The position numbers and the translations under genes are program-made. From NCBI RefSeq assembly GCF_009914755.1, contig NC_060931.1: a stretch of 64,000 bases of DNA, one strand, 5' to 3'. The notes beneath the pieces were generated by a model, which was not told the origin of the DNA, searched no databases, and saw nothing but the letters and a program-made list of their open reading frames with translations. The stretch's first letter is position 1; the number at the start of each line of letters is the position of its first letter. This document shows positions 40,141 through 54,424 of the stretch, in pieces. Source of the stretch: the human T2T-CHM13v2.0 reference genome, Homo sapiens.

Positions 40141-41809
40141 GAAAAGGAGAGAGAAATAATGTGTAGGTAAGAGAAGGTATCTCTCGTGTTTATTGAGGCT
40201 TTTCAATATGTAATTTGCTTTTAATTTTAAGAAACTTGCCTGCCTCTTGGATAGCAAAGAAAGTGATTTTTATTTGTATTGGTCTTGCTTTTGCCAAACA
40301 TTTTAAAATTAAGTGATTTGGGGATAAGTATTTATTTTGAAGTCTATTTTATTGTTTATTAAGATATATTTCAAAGTGGTATAATAAATGACATTATTAT
40401 TTTCATAAACTATTGCTTCCTGAAGTGTTTCAAGCCAAATAAACATTTATCTTTTTGATGGGAAAATGCTTTCTAAATTTCCCTCAGCCAAGTTATAGAA
40501 TGGAGCCAACTGCAGTACATGTGGGTCACAACCTGCTTGCCATAGTTGTATTCTGGGATGATTGATTAATTTATGCCTTTCATAAGGATGCTCTGAGAAA
40601 GAAATGAGTGAGAAGATTTAATTACTGAATTATTAACTTTTAGGAGCTCCACTTTGGAATGTGAGTCAATATCTATTACAGACTGTACGTGTTTATGCTA
40701 TTGAAAATATGAATTAAGAATTGTCTTTGGTTATTTGACAACTCAAAAGATTTTATAACTTTTTGTGCAGCTTAAAAAGGAATTTAGAAATGTACTTTTA
40801 GAAGGGAAGGAATTCGGATAATTTATATGTCAGTGTGTCATAATAATTTATTTACACCAAAATCTCATTCACAGATTCCAGATTTAATGACCTGAATCTT
40901 GCCATTTCTTTTCTTTAGGCCTACCCTTATTTTATAGGTTCTATAAAATAATCGGAAAGGAATTAGAAATAGTTTTGTGTGTGGTGTCAAGTGGCTTTGT
41001 TTAATCATTGGGAATGAATCAGTTAAAAACTTATTTTGGGGCTAAAAACAGCCAGCCCAATTGTTATAAATTGGAGAATGAATGAATATGAAAATCTACT
41101 TACAGAAACCATTTTAGGTTATTCATATTTCCTGCTTGCTCTGTTTCTTGTCATTTGGTATTTTAAAAATAAGTCTTAGACTAGATTCTTGACTAAATAG
41201 CAACCTTTTTATCTTTGACAGAGACACGTTTCTTACATTATAAAAACATGAACATTCAAGAATAAATCACAGCCAACTTGAGGACCATACATATCTGACT
41301 TGGAAATTTGCTAATATATACAGATTTAACGGGATTTTACACATTTTCGTGTTTTTGAGGGCTTGTAAGGTTTCAGTTTGATTCTCATATATGATGGTTG
41401 ATGTGTTGTACAAACCAATTAGGAGAGCAATCTAGCAATCCCTTGTTGAGTTAGAAGTGTGCAGACCCTAGGACCCAGCATTTACCTTAGGCGGTCTTAC
41501 TGTTGTTGCATCTTGGCTTTGTCTAGTTTCTCTTGATTCCTGTCCATTTTTGGAACCTTGTTTTCTAGTCACTGTGACAATTCTGTGAGCGACATGGTCT
41601 GTTTCCCATAAATTCTTTGTCTGTTTGATATAGCTGAAGTTGTATTACTTCAAACCGTAACTCTGAGTGGTATAACAAAGATATCAAATTTTAGATAACA
41701 CCCACATCTTCCTGAGCATCGTGTGATTTTAGTAGCTAGAATTTCTTTGTACAGAAGTCATTGTGGAGGGAAATGATGTGAAGAAAAGAAAGAAAATCCT
41801 GAGAACAGA

Positions 41810-41940
41810 GCAACAGTTGCTGTGGAGTGGCGTGAGGGCCGAATTCAAGTATAAAAATCTGGATTAGAATCCTCCGGTCACTTAGTAGTTGTGTGACTTT
41901 GGTCATTGTTGAACTGTTGTGAGGTTTCCTTTTCAGATCA
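41810..41940 (+). mobile_element. MIR
   Basis: ctggattagaatcc...cacttagtagttgtgtgactttgg. Confidence 0.6.
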
Positions 41941-43675
41941 AAACTTTCCCTTTTCCTTCTCTCATTCCCATCTTTTCAACAGATGACATCACCTTATATG
42001 TTACAGAGAAACAGAAGCCATTAGATGGAAAAAACCTCAATATCCAACTTACAGAAATGACTGACCTGCATTTATCTTCAGCATTTCCTCCTTTTATTAA
42101 ATATCTGAGGTCAGTATCTCCACTTGGGTTTTGAGTTCCATCTTTTTCTGTCTTCCTAGGGAACATGTACTATCAATTTATCTTTTCCCTTTCTTGAATA
42201 CCCAACTTGTTGCTCTTAACCAGATCAGTTTCATCGGCATTTAAGCATGTTCAAGACTCTTCTGTATTAAAAAAGAACCACGACCTCCCCTAACCCTTCC
42301 CTAATCTAACTACTGCACCCTACCTCTTCTCTTTGCATTTACAGCAAAGCTCCCGGAAAGAGTTGTCTGCTCGCTGCCTCAGCCCACACCTTTTTCATGT
42401 GGTTTCCGCTTCTGTCATTCTATCAGAATTGCTCTGCAGAGGCTGATCAGTGACTTCAGTGAAACCAGGCCTAAAGGATGCTCTTCAGTTCACATCTCAC
42501 TCCTCAGCAGCATTCTTCACCGCTTGCCGCTCTATCCTTTTGAAATACCTGTAACAAGCATGCTGCCTTGGTTTCCCTCCTAAATGACCTCTGCTCCCTC
42601 TCCTCTCAATATCTTTCTCTCTTCCCCCCTGCCCCGCCGAGGTTGAGTATCATTATAATATCATTGTCTACCTATTATTGAATGTTAGCATTTCCCAAAG
42701 CTAGACCTAGTTCTGTTCCATTCTCAACCTACAATCTTTTCCTAAGCTATTTCATTCATGTACATAGTTTGAATTGTCCTTTTATGTAATATTATAGATG
42801 ATTCAAAAATTTATCTGAGCTCCCATCACGTCTATCTACCTGTTAACTTGATATTTCTACTTATATCTTTCTAAGCCATCTCAAACTCAACTCGAACTAG
42901 ACCAAACTTACCTATCTACCTAGTCCAGCTGTACCATAAACTTTGATGCCTTATTCTTCTTGATGCCTCATCCACATTAACTCCACTTATCACCATATTT
43001 TCACCTCAAACACCTCTGTGATCTCTCCCCTCCTCTCTCTATTGCCGCCATCCTAATGCAAGCTGTCATCATCTCTTTCTTGGCCAACTGTAGTAGATGT
43101 AGTCTCATCCATTGTGGTTCTTTCTAGTCTGTCTGGGACTCATGACATCGTGCTTTTGGGAAACAGAAGTGATATCATGTTACCCCCACCAGGTTATCCT
43201 TGCTTGCCTTCTCATTGCTGTAAGGATAAAGACCACAGACCCTCACATGGATTTTACCTCCCTGGGCTACCCCATTTGGCAGCTCCCCCGTGTGTTCTCC
43301 CTTCCTTTCCTCTGAGAGGTGAATTGTGCCTTGTTCCCTCCTGCTATGGGGCTTTGCACTTGTTTCTTGCCCTTCCTTCATCAACTTGTTATCTAACTCT
43401 ATCCTGTGCTTTAGATCTTAACACAAGTGTCATTTCCCTGACTCCATGGAGATGGGGTCGAGATTTGTAGGCTTTGCTTATTCTTCATAGTCCTTTAGGT
43501 TTACATTTAATTTTGTGAGGATTTGATTAATATCTCAGTAACCATGATAGCAAGAATATCTTTTTGTTTTTGTTTTTGTTTTTTCACCATTTTAACTTTG
43601 GTGCTGAAAAATACTTGTCATATAGTTAGGACTCACATATTCATGAATGAATGAATGAATGAATGAATGAATGAA
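41940..43675 (+). mobile_element. Long L2 remnant ending in a (GAAT)n tail
   Basis: Pyrimidine-rich L2 body (catctcaaactcaac; ttctcattgctgtaaggataaag) and (TGAA)n at 43643-43675. Confidence 0.75.
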
Positions 43676-43689
43676 CATAGATTGAGTTT

Positions 43690-43850
43690 TGAGCCCTGCA
43701 CTTAACACGTTCTTTTTGTGTGACCTTGGACAAGCTTTTATAGAGGTCAGTTTTGCTAAAAGCCTTGCTTCCTCACCTGTTAAATAGGGATAATAATTAT
43801 ATACAATAATATAATTGAATGAAAAGTGCATAATTTAGTGCCAGTAAATG
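43690..43850 (+). mobile_element. MIR
   Basis: tgtgtgaccttggacaag...ttcctcacctgttaaatagggataataat. Confidence 0.7.
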
Positions 43851-44534
43851 GGATCATTTAGCCATGGGATCATGGCTTTCACTACTGGAGTATTTACAAC
43901 TTCTGTTTTGCTAAAGTAGGTGAGTTTTCTGTGCCTATTTAAACTACTTTATATCCCTCAGGAAAAAACGATGGAGCCAGGGCTTAGGCCTTGTGAGGAG
44001 CCTCATTCATTTCCCCCTCTCTGCTGGTCTCACTCCTTGAATGCTGGTCTCTCCATACATTTCTCTGCCTTAGTGTCTGATGGCTTTTAACATGTTCCCT
44101 CCAGGACAGGCCATAGGAGGAGGGTCTAATGCAATGGTGACTTTGGAACCTGAATTGGCTTCTTGGACACATTCCAGGCATAAGGGCCCCAAAGTTCTTT
44201 TGTTCTGCCTTAGGCATGTGTAACCTCAGGGCTTTTTCTCCCAGCTCTGGAGCTTCATTACCCAGAGGACCAGGCAGATGTCAAATGTTTCTCTTACAGT
44301 TCATTTATATTTCTCTGATAGCTTTAATCTAAAAATAATCAAAATCGTTGTATATTTTTACTGTGACTTAACCAATTGTAAAAATTATTCTAAAAATACG
44401 CAGTTATTTCTGAGAACAATTACACTGACGCATCGTTCCCTGAGTGAAACCTATACATACATGTTCCAAGTATATGAAGCAGTTTTTTGGGGACAGAGTA
44501 ACTTTTTTTTCCCCTCTGTTGAAATAAGGTATTG

Positions 44535-44825
44535 GGCCAGGCATGGTGGCTCACGCCTATAATCCTAACACTTTCGGAGGCCAAGGCGGGAGCATTGCTT
44601 GAGGCCGGGAGTTCTAGGCCAGCCTGAGTAACATAGCAAGACCCCATCTTTACAAAAATTTAAAAATTGGCCCAGTGTAGTGGCATGCCTGTAGCCCCAG
44701 CTACACAGGAGACTGAGGTGGGAGGATCATTTGAGCCGAAGGGCTCAAGGCTACAGTGAACTACGATTTCGCCACTGCACTCCAGCCTGGGTGATAGAGT
44801 GAGACCCTGTCTCTAAAAATACAAA
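44535..44825 (+). mobile_element. AluJ
   Basis: Full Alu; TSD AAGGTATT. Confidence 0.93.
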
Positions 44826-44979
44826 GGTATTAAAGTTAACACTTGAAATGCCTTTCATTCTGTCAGTGGCTCTTTTTTTGTTTGTTTTTGAGAAAAGCTG
44901 TTTTTTCAAGTCAACATTTAAAACAAGGATAATAAATGAAGCATGAAGCAAATATGTATAATACATTATTCCCGTTCAT

Positions 44980-45026
44980 TGTGTATGTATGTGTATATAT
45001 ATATATATATATACACACACACATAT
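44980..45026. repeat. Compound (TG/TA)n(CA)n microsatellite
   Basis: Directly visible. Confidence 0.9.
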
Positions 45027-47254
45027 AAAGTACTTTGGCAGAAATATATTTCAATTTTGACTTATTTTTCAGTTCAGTTTAACAGGACACACTAATGTCG
45101 GGACAGTCTTTAAAAATTTGGACAAATTTTTAAAGAGTAAGTTGTGACAATGATATTACATGTTAAATTTGTCCTTGGGAAACATAGACATTTATGTGAT
45201 TTTTTTTCCCTTTAGTATTTGACATCAAACTATAGCTTCCACTGAGTAGTTTTAAAATAATGTACTTCGTGCTGCTAAGGCTAACATTGTTGCTAACCAG
45301 AGGAACCACAGAGGAAGACTTTTGAAAGAGAGGGCACAAACTCTTACAGATGTCAAGAGTCAGAATTTACATGTGGTGGGGCTAATCCGTAAGTGAGATT
45401 ACCGTTAGGGAGCTCCTTGACGCAAATTGGCATTGTGCCTGCACTTCCGTGTGACAAGTGGGATTCTCAGGGTGAGCCCTAGAGTGTGCTTTTTGACTTG
45501 TAGCATCTCTGGATTCTGGGCTCAAGCAGAGGCCCTCTTGCCCAGTTGGCCAACTGCGACAATGAATGGTATCGTCTAGAGGTCATCATAATTCTCCCCA
45601 GCATTTCCATAACACATACAAATTAAACTATGAGTAAAAAAATACTTAAACCAAAAATAAAAATGAGAAGAAATAGGCATATGAAACATAATGAGTAACG
45701 TCAGCATAATTTGAGATTTTGGCAATGGAAGACTGAAGTTGAGAAGTGTTTCCAGTAGGGATACTCTCTTGTGCCTCACATTAGTGTGTCCTGTTATTTA
45801 ATACCCACAGAAGCTTCCTTTTCTTCCTTGAATGGCTTTGCACTGCTCTCATTGCTAGGTTCATATACTGTTGGGTGATGGGTGGGATCAAGTTCCCTGT
45901 GTGCTGTGAACACACGCATCCTGATTCACCACTTTACTGAGGGTGGGAAATGACAGAGGTTGGGCCTGTGTTCTCTTGTCACCTCCGTATATGATCATTC
46001 AGGCGCGTGTCTGGGAAGGTGTGAAGGAGTGTCCTGTCAGCCAGTTGAGACCACTGTGTTGGTGTTCTCTGAATGGCTTTGCAGCCTATGATGGAGTACT
46101 TTAGGGAGTCACCTTTTGGGTTGGCCATCAGTCTAACACTCCAAGCAGCCATAGGGACGTGCAGAGGATAAATTCATATAAACTACACCTAAGGCGTTCA
46201 CACATGGTCCAAGTTGTCTGTGAATAAAAAGTGTTGCTGTAATTTTCCATCACTCTTTTTGTTTGTTTGTTTTTCTGGAGTGATAAAGATGGACATGGAA
46301 CCCTTTGAATGGTGCTTCAGGAGGGGCTGGTTTTTCTCTTCTCAGATGGGCAACTCAGCTAGGGGAGGTGAGGTTTTGTTACAGGATATGCCTTGACTAC
46401 TACCGTGTGGAGCAGGACTGCTGGACATGTTGCCAGCCATGACCGAGCACCTGAAAACCCTGTGGGAAACTACCTACCTTTCATCGAGTTATTGGAATAG
46501 GGAGAGCCTTAGGAGTCCTAAGGCAGATTTTCAGCTTTATATGCTAGTTCTGGGAGCCGTGTTCTGCAGGCTCTGCCAAAAGACTTTGACCTCACAAGTG
46601 AGATGTTCCATCCTGAAGTCCTGGATGCTGCTTCTCAAAACATTAATAGGAAGCGTGACATCAAGCCATGCTGGCTCTCTGAAGTTGGAGAAATGCTGCA
46701 TGCTCACTTGGCTAACAAGGTGAACATTACTCTGTCACCACATTTTTATCTAGTATGCGTCCTAATCTCAAGGATCCAGCTAAGTTGTGTGTTGTCAGTT
46801 GGAGACATTAGCTTGGGCAGTAAGCTCAGCCTTGCACTGCTTCTGGCAGGTTTACTCATCTTCATCCACTCTTATCTCGATATGAGGATATCTGTTTTTT
46901 GAGCATGTTCCATATCCATGTTTCATGTGAAATTGCTTGTCATTCTTGCTTATCACTTAAAATAATAACTGGCTCCCTTCTTTTGTAGCATTTGCTAATA
47001 GTGGCAGAACTATTTATACGATTATGATAATCTGTCAAGAGGATTATGCAAAGTATCTCCCCCCACCCCTTCTCTAAAGCAGAGTTAAATTGAACACTGT
47101 AAAGGACATTTTCATAACCAAGGATTTTTACCAATTATTTACTGTGGATTTAAATTGATACTGAATGACTGGAGGCATTGATTTTTAAAGCTGGAAATAT
47201 TTACAAACCATCCAATTCTTTTTCCTTAGTATTTTGTCTCTAGTTACTTCGAAA

Positions 47255-47272
47255 TCTCTCTCCTCTCTCTCT

Positions 47273-47330
<58 letters not shown>

Positions 47331-47333
47331 AGA
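47255..47333. repeat. Compound (CT)n(AC)n(AG)n microsatellite, AC about 25 units
   Basis: Directly visible. Confidence 0.97.
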
Positions 47334-48607
47334 TGTAAAACATACACATAGAAAGACTTTAAGGAAAGACATCAAAATGGTAAAAGTCATTATACCTGGT
47401 TGGTTGAATTGAAGTTATTTTATACTTCTTTATACTTGCTTTCTTCATGGGGAAAGTATTTTTATGATCAATAAAAATATTTTTCTGTAATATGTATGTA
47501 CTACTTTACAATATTAAAGCACTTTCACATTTTTCCAAAAATTAAAAGCACAGTGAAATTTGCACATTGAGAAACATTTGGAGCCAATTAAATGCCACTT
47601 ATGTTTCTCTAAAAAAAAGGAAACTACTTTTATTCATGTAATTAAGAGCCCCACTCATGAACATTAAAGAATTGTTGCCCACTGTACTTTTGGTATATGT
47701 AGAAATATAAAACCAAAAATGTATAGTATAAAAATAAAAAATATACAAAAAGTAAAAACATACCAATAACCCAGTAAAACAGGATTTTGATTGGTATTTG
47801 GAGAAATTAGCTAGATGTTTATCTGAATAGATTTTTTTGCTTTTTAGATATTTAATAATTATAGTAAATTATTTTAAAGTCAGTATCTGTACTAAAGTAT
47901 GATAGAAGTTGGAATTTATGTTTTGCAGCTATTAAATTTTCTTAAGAACAAAGTTTGTTTAAACCTTACATTCAATTTCTTCGTTTGTGATTTCTTTCCA
48001 TAGTTTCTTTGTATTACAAATTGAGATAAAATTAAAGGTAAACTTAATTTTTTTAGTAAAGCATTTGAGATTGGATAGTGTTCAATTAAAATTTGTTCTC
48101 TAAATGGAAATTTAGTCTTTTTCCCTTAGCATTAGACTTTATTAGCTTGTTTGCTGATAAATGCTTGGAGGAATCTGAAAATGCATCACAAGTTTATTAG
48201 AGATCTTTTATGTAGTTATTAGGTTTTCTGGCTTTCTAATTATCATATATAGGTGATGTAATCATTGTTGTCATGTTTTTTTTAATGAAGATTTTAAATC
48301 GTTTTCCACTGTAGACATTTATAATGTAATCTATGCAAGAAATGAATATTTATCTCAGTATTTTAAAATGGAAAAAATAAAGCAGAGAGAAATCATAAAG
48401 CAGAGAGAAATCATTCATTTCAGTTGTGAAAAGTTCAGAGATATGTTTGACATTCCTTTAGTCTTAACTGCATCTGTTATTCATGCTTTTCTAGATAACT
48501 GTATAATATTTTCTTTTACTACTAATGAAATGTGATTCTCTCATGTCCAGTGATGTGTTTTCTGAAATGATATAAACAAAAAGTGGTTAATATGATTTTA
48601 TTAACTG

Positions 48608-49235
48608 TGTTGGGACTCAGAAAATATCCCAAAATGAAGGCCTCAGAAGAAGCCTTAGAAGCAAGGCTTTCTCTGACCTTCTCCTGCCCTCCTGTCTCAG
48701 TCGCATTCTCCCCCGAATCTACCCATAGAAACTAGAATTTGTCTTCCCCAAGGCAGATCATAGAAACCAGAACCCCTTTCCCCATAGCCAGCCATAAAAC
48801 CTAAAAGTATTACTCTAACTTTTCCTCTGCCTCTCTGTGTAAAAACTAGCCAGAAGAACATTGTCTGACCTACGGTGTTTGACTGTAGGTCATAACACCC
48901 TCATTCCAGAGAGTGTCCTCCCTTATACCCAGAAGGAAGGAGGAATACATGCCCAGAGAGGCCAGGAAGAATCCTGCTGGGTTTCCGAACTCAGTCTGTT
49001 AGCATTAGATCGTACTGTCTCTGTTCAATAGTATTTCTTGAGTGTTGTCCGTATTTTGTTAATCTTAAGCATAAAAGTGGACAACTTCCCTAGTATCTTT
49101 GGGTCTTCATTATGAAGGCCTCTGTGTACACGTTAATAAATTGGGATGCGATTTCTCCTATTCATTGTCCTCTCATCAGTGATTTTTAGCATACCTTCAG
49201 AGGGTGAAGGGGGTAGGTTTCCCTTGACTCCTACA
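48608..49235 (+). mobile_element. ERV1 solo LTR, MER39/MER39B-like
   Basis: TGTTGGGACTCAGAAAA...CTCCTACA termini; 4-bp TSD ACTG/ACTT; internal AATAAA at 49135. Confidence 0.85.
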
Positions 49236-49451
49236 ACTTTTAACACAATTTAGGTATTTCCCTAATTGCTGAAGTTACCATATGAAATATTCTTATTAAC
49301 AACGTGTTAGGCTTAAAGGCCAGTTTTTGCTGATCATGTCATTATGTACTGGCTGATTTTATTTATTTATTTTTAGAGACCAGAGTCTGTTGTGATTTGA
49401 AATTTCGAATTTCGTGTCAATTATGTAATTCCATCAGAAATTCCCCAGAGG

Positions 49452-49737
49452 ACACACCTGTAATCCCAGCACCTTGGGAGGCCAAGGTGGGAGAATTGCT
49501 TCAAGCCAGAAGTTCGAGACCAGCCTGGGAAAGAAAGCAAGGCCCTTTCTCTACAAAAAATAAAACAAATGAAACATTAGTCAGGGGTGGTAGCACACAC
49601 TTGTCGTCCCAGATACTTGGGAGGCTGAGGCAGGAGGATTGCTTGAGCCCAGGAGTTCAAGGCTGAAGTGAGCCATGATTGTGCCACTGTACTCCAGCCT
49701 GGGTGACAGCAAGACCTTGTCTCTTAAAAATAAATAA
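49452..49737 (+). mobile_element. AluJ, 5'-clipped
   Basis: Alu body; TSD-like AGAAATTCC on both sides. Confidence 0.92.
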
Positions 49738-52700
49738 GAAATTCCTTGGAAGGAATTAAGACCTGCAGTAAATAGCATGAGGTGATGTACACTTCTTTAG
49801 TATTTCTTAATATTTGCAGAGAGCTTGTCTAAATTGTGACTTAGTTTTCCGGTTAGGGCCTATTCCTAGGTTGTTTTTGCAAAGAAAGTTTTTGTGTATG
49901 TATGCCTAGCTTTTCCTTATCCAATGACCTTTGTAAAGACTTTGTATTCTCCATCTAACGTCTAGTTACTTAAGGATTTTCTGAGCAGTTTGCTTGAAGT
50001 CTGTTTTTCCTTCCTAGCCATTGACAGAAAACACATCTGCCTTAGTGAGGCCCCTTTGATCTTCAGAGAGCTTTATCTAAAGAGAGATTAAGAATAAATC
50101 TGTCAGGCATTTTCCCAAAGAAATTGAAAATGCTTCCTAAGATTTCAGATCAGGTAGGTAAAGTGTTTCTCTGAATTAAGACATACGAAAATAAGTATGC
50201 TAGTCAATGGTTTCATCCTAAGTTATAGATTGCAGAGATTTGCTTCTGGCATGAAGGAATATTTTTTATTTCACCCGAGACACAAAATGCATGCAGTAAT
50301 ATCAATGGCCAGAAGCAACTGCTTTTCTTTCATTCATTTTTCCATATTTAACACTAGCAGGGTCTGTGGAGAAGATACTAGAGAGGGTCCATTTGTTCTC
50401 AGCCTTTTTGGGGCTTAGCATCACAGGAAGAATTTTCAGCTGGTCTAGTTTGAATCTACATACTAAAAATTTCCAAGATCCATATGCCAACCTCCTTTCT
50501 CCCTTCTTCTCTCCCTCCTTTAAACAAATATGCACAGAATGCTTATTTTCTACCAAACTCTGGGTTCATACTATTTACTAGGAGCAAACCTAACAGATAG
50601 GTATAGGATCTGATACACTGTGTGCCTCAGAGATAGTCAAGGTACTACCCTGAAAACGTGTACAACTATTTAAAGATCTCATGAACACCCTCAGTTTTAG
50701 TATAGAAATATAAAATTTGTAATCAAACAATTTAATTTTTGATACACTATTTTGACCTTTTAAAGAGTTACAGCTAAGAACAGCTAATGAGCTGTTAATT
50801 TAGAAAATAAAATATATACAGAAGTCTGCTTTGAGGTTCTTAGTCAGTAAGAAAACCTTGGGGAGAGAGGTTAAACTAGGTACGCTGGAGACTTATTATG
50901 ACTTTGGCAGTATGAAAGGACAGGAAACAAAAGGAAAATCTTACAAAGAGTTATAGTCTGATTTCTGAAATGAATGTTTACTTGAAAGGACACAGAAAAT
51001 AGGGTGCCGGCAGGAGAATCCAGTTTTCCAAATTCCTTTTCCGAAATCCCAGGCTTTTTATGAAATTTTGAGAGAATGGCTTAGGCTTATGTTTTCCATT
51101 TTGAGCTGCTTAGAAGCAAATATCATATAAATGCAAATTTCTACTATTATCATTTACTCACCTTGTATTATGTGCTTAAGGAGTTGGAGAATTCAGAAGC
51201 TGTTTAATATACAAGGCATTGCCTATAAAATATTTCTTTGTGACATAATTTGCTTATTTGATAAACAACTATCTTTCTTTCCTCCTCCTTATAAACACCC
51301 CAAATTAGTTTCTGAGTTGACCAACAAGATTCCATCAGCATCTGGCAATTATTTTATCTGTTTGAGGACTATTGGTATATGGGACATGAGTTGCTATTAT
51401 TTGATAACATTTTGATGTCCTTCATTTCCTTAATTAGTTTAGGAAAACTATTTGGATTTTATGTACAAGTGCTTGCTAATTACTTGAGTCGTGAGAAGAC
51501 TGAGTGAGGTCCAAGTGTCCTATTAATCCCTTTGAGTCTGAACATTTTCTTATAATTGGTTTGGCAAGAGGAATAAGTGAGACTAGTTGCTAATGAGGAG
51601 ATAAGTATGTAATTTTACCATGATATAAAGCTGTGATTGTCAGTAAGTGGTATTAGGAATCTAGATTATTTTTATTAGAACTTATTTCTTTCTGCAAAAT
51701 CATTACCATCTCCTGATATTGTAAATTGGGTTATTTCACACCATTATTTTTAATATGTGTTAATCCTCAAACTACAGGTACTTAAAACCTTGCTAATTAA
51801 GGAGTCATTAATAAAGTTAGCAATATGAGCCGTCAGTTTCGATTCTTCACACCATTTAGACGCAATTCAATTTTGCGTATTTACACTATGTTTTCAGTTT
51901 GGCTCAGATGTTTGAAGTAAGTCAAGAGTAAGAAGTGTTGTCAACTTCAGATCCATAGGCCAGCTTAGCTTGTTTTCAAGATGAAGGACTGATAACATTG
52001 TAAAGAAACAGAGAAAATACTGCTTTTCTTAGCCAAGAACAGAGTAAGCTTTGTATGGTTTTACTTTTTATAGTCTACTCGGCTTTTCTGTTCTTAAAAG
52101 TTGCCTGGTTATAGTAGTTTAAAACACTCTTTGGGACTTTATCCATTGAACTTCAATGTTCTCTGAAACAAATATTGAAGTGTTTTGCATTTGATTTTGA
52201 GGAAAGGTTTATTTTCCTTTTGCAAATAATCAAACTCTTTAAGTTGTTCCTAACCATCGTCACTTTTACTTGAAGGATGCATTATAGTCTTGAGCATTTT
52301 TTCACTTTTGTAATCGGTATGACCCTCTTGTGTTTTTGCTGATGAGATGGTAGCAGTGCTGTGGTATTGTTTGCAGGTCCTTTCTTATCCTTTATCTGTG
52401 TCTCCTTCCCACTGTGTTGTGGGTTGGTAAATGCATAGTTCCCTCCATTACTTTTTCATGGCTGAAGGGATTGTAAATATTGTTTTGCATTTCTAGTTTT
52501 TTTAGATGTCCATAGAATTCCATCTTTAGCCATAGTGCTTTTATAATTTTGTAATACCTTTGACTAGCTGGGGAGGGGGTATAGATAACAGTTTAGTTTC
52601 CACATATTACTCATTTTGTGCAATTTTATTGTGCTTCTGATATATGCCCAGTATGCTATTAGGTGCTGTGAAGGAAATGGAAAAAAAATTAGTAATTTTT

Positions 52701-53057
52701 CCTGCCTGAAGAGGTTTACGATCTAATTAGAGGGACCAGGCTAACTAAAAAGTTAGAAAACAATACATGGTGAAGATAATGTGTTAAGATATGTTTTAAA
52801 AGAACAAATTTATGAGATTATTATGGGTGTATCTTAATAGAATAATTATAACTGATAATAGCTGGTTCTACATTTAGGTAAAAATGATTACTTCCCTATG
52901 TCAAGGCCTGAAATACACAGGATGTTACATTTTGAATTTTAAAACAAATCAGTATCTCATTAAACTTTATGGAACACCATGAAACTTTCAAAATTTAGAA
53001 CTTTAACCTAGATTACTGAATTTGCATTTGAAGACACTGAGGCCAGTGACGTCCTGG

Positions 53058-53168
53058 AGTTTCAGGTCTGGCTAACAGTACCAGCATGAGAACATAGGGT
53101 AACAGCAAGTTGCTTGCCGTAGTTTTAGGTCTGGCTTACAGTACCAGCATGAGAACATGGGGTAACAG
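53058..53168. repeat. 48-bp direct duplication with a 15-bp spacer
   Basis: Copies at 53058-53105 and 53121-53168 with 3 mismatches. Confidence 0.93.
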
Positions 53169-53379
53169 TCAGGGGCTTCTGAGTAGTTGGCCGCAGGAGG
53201 TAAAGCTAGTAAGCACTGCTAACATAATAAAATGAAAGGCATTGCACACAGACCAGTGGTCTGCTATTTGACCCTTTCCCTTCCTCCTCTTCTTTTTCCC
53301 CATTTTCCTTTTGCTGCTCTTCTTCCGCCATCATCATCAGCATCCTGACATTTGCATGGCTTCTTACGATTTTGAAATT

Positions 53380-53540
53380 GTTTTCATATGTACACATTTA
53401 CCGGAGCATCACAACAGCCTTGTGAGGAAGGTCAGCATTGACTCTGATTGAAGATGAGAAAACACACCTGCAAACCAGTGAACTAATTTACAAGAGTAAA
53501 TGGAGCAGGACCTCAAACCCAAATTTCCTACTCCAAGCCT
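53380..53540 (-). mobile_element. MIR
   Basis: tcacaacagccttgtgagg...agatgagaaaac. Confidence 0.6.
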
Positions 53541-54189
53541 TTCACTGTACACACTGCCTCTTAGAAGGCTGGTTCCACCCCAAATCCTTTCCCAAACTGG
53601 GGAATCAATTAGAAGAACAGGTAGAAAACAAGGAGTGAAGTTGTGTTCAAATGCTTACAATAATTACTTGGCTTGTACCTTTTAAAATACTTTATAGATT
53701 TACTTCTTCAATAATCCTTGTAGATGTGTGTTTAGTGTATTGTTAGGAATTGTATAGCATTTACAAAAGTCTAGGCTGGTTTAAACCAGTAGTTTGTGGA
53801 GCTTTTAAACCCTGAGAGACCAGCCTCTAGATAGGACTCTTGCAGTATGTGGGACGTTGGCTGTCCTAAATGACCTCCAAAAAGGCCTTTTAAATCTACT
53901 CCTTGCTTCCATGTGCTTTATTCATGACTACCTTTTATTTCCTGGGTCCAGGTACTAATACATCTTGAATTATTTTTTTTTTTCCATTTTATCTTTCTAG
54001 TTACCTTCCTTCTACTTCTTGCTGCTGCCTCCTACACAGAGCCCTGGCTCCCACAGTAGGTTAATATGTGTAATAATGTTCAGGGAGTGTGATGAACATG
54101 AGCTGAAAATTTTAGACCACCGTATGGTCTGCCTATATTTTTCTAATTTTTTTTTCCTCTCCAAATTCGCGTATGTTCCTAGCTACCAC

Positions 54190-54320
54190 AGCAGTGAAGG
54201 GTAGTGGAAGGAATGTGGACTTTGGAGCCCAAATAGTTTGGGCTGAAAGACCAATCCTTTCAGGCTCAAATGCCTCGATATTTTTGGACATCCACCTTTA
54301 ACCTGTAAAATGAGGGTAGC
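54190..54320 (+). mobile_element. MIR
   Basis: gtagtggaaggaatgtggactttggagccc...acctgtaaaatgagg. Confidence 0.6.
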
Positions 54321-54385
54321 TGCCTGCCATGTGGTATCATGCGCCTGTCCCTTTACCTGTCAACTTGACATCTCTACCAGATGGT

Positions 54386-54386
<1 letters not shown>

Positions 54387-54424
<38 letters not shown>

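Noticed and set aside
46427-46902. Two overlapping ORFs of about 98 aa in unique DNA
   Set aside because: No recognisable protein similarity and only weak splice signals; length is compatible with chance.
48377-48414. 18-bp tandem duplication ATAAAGCAGAGAGAAATC (also a 13-bp one near 39259)
   Set aside because: Ordinary slippage duplications with no functional hint.
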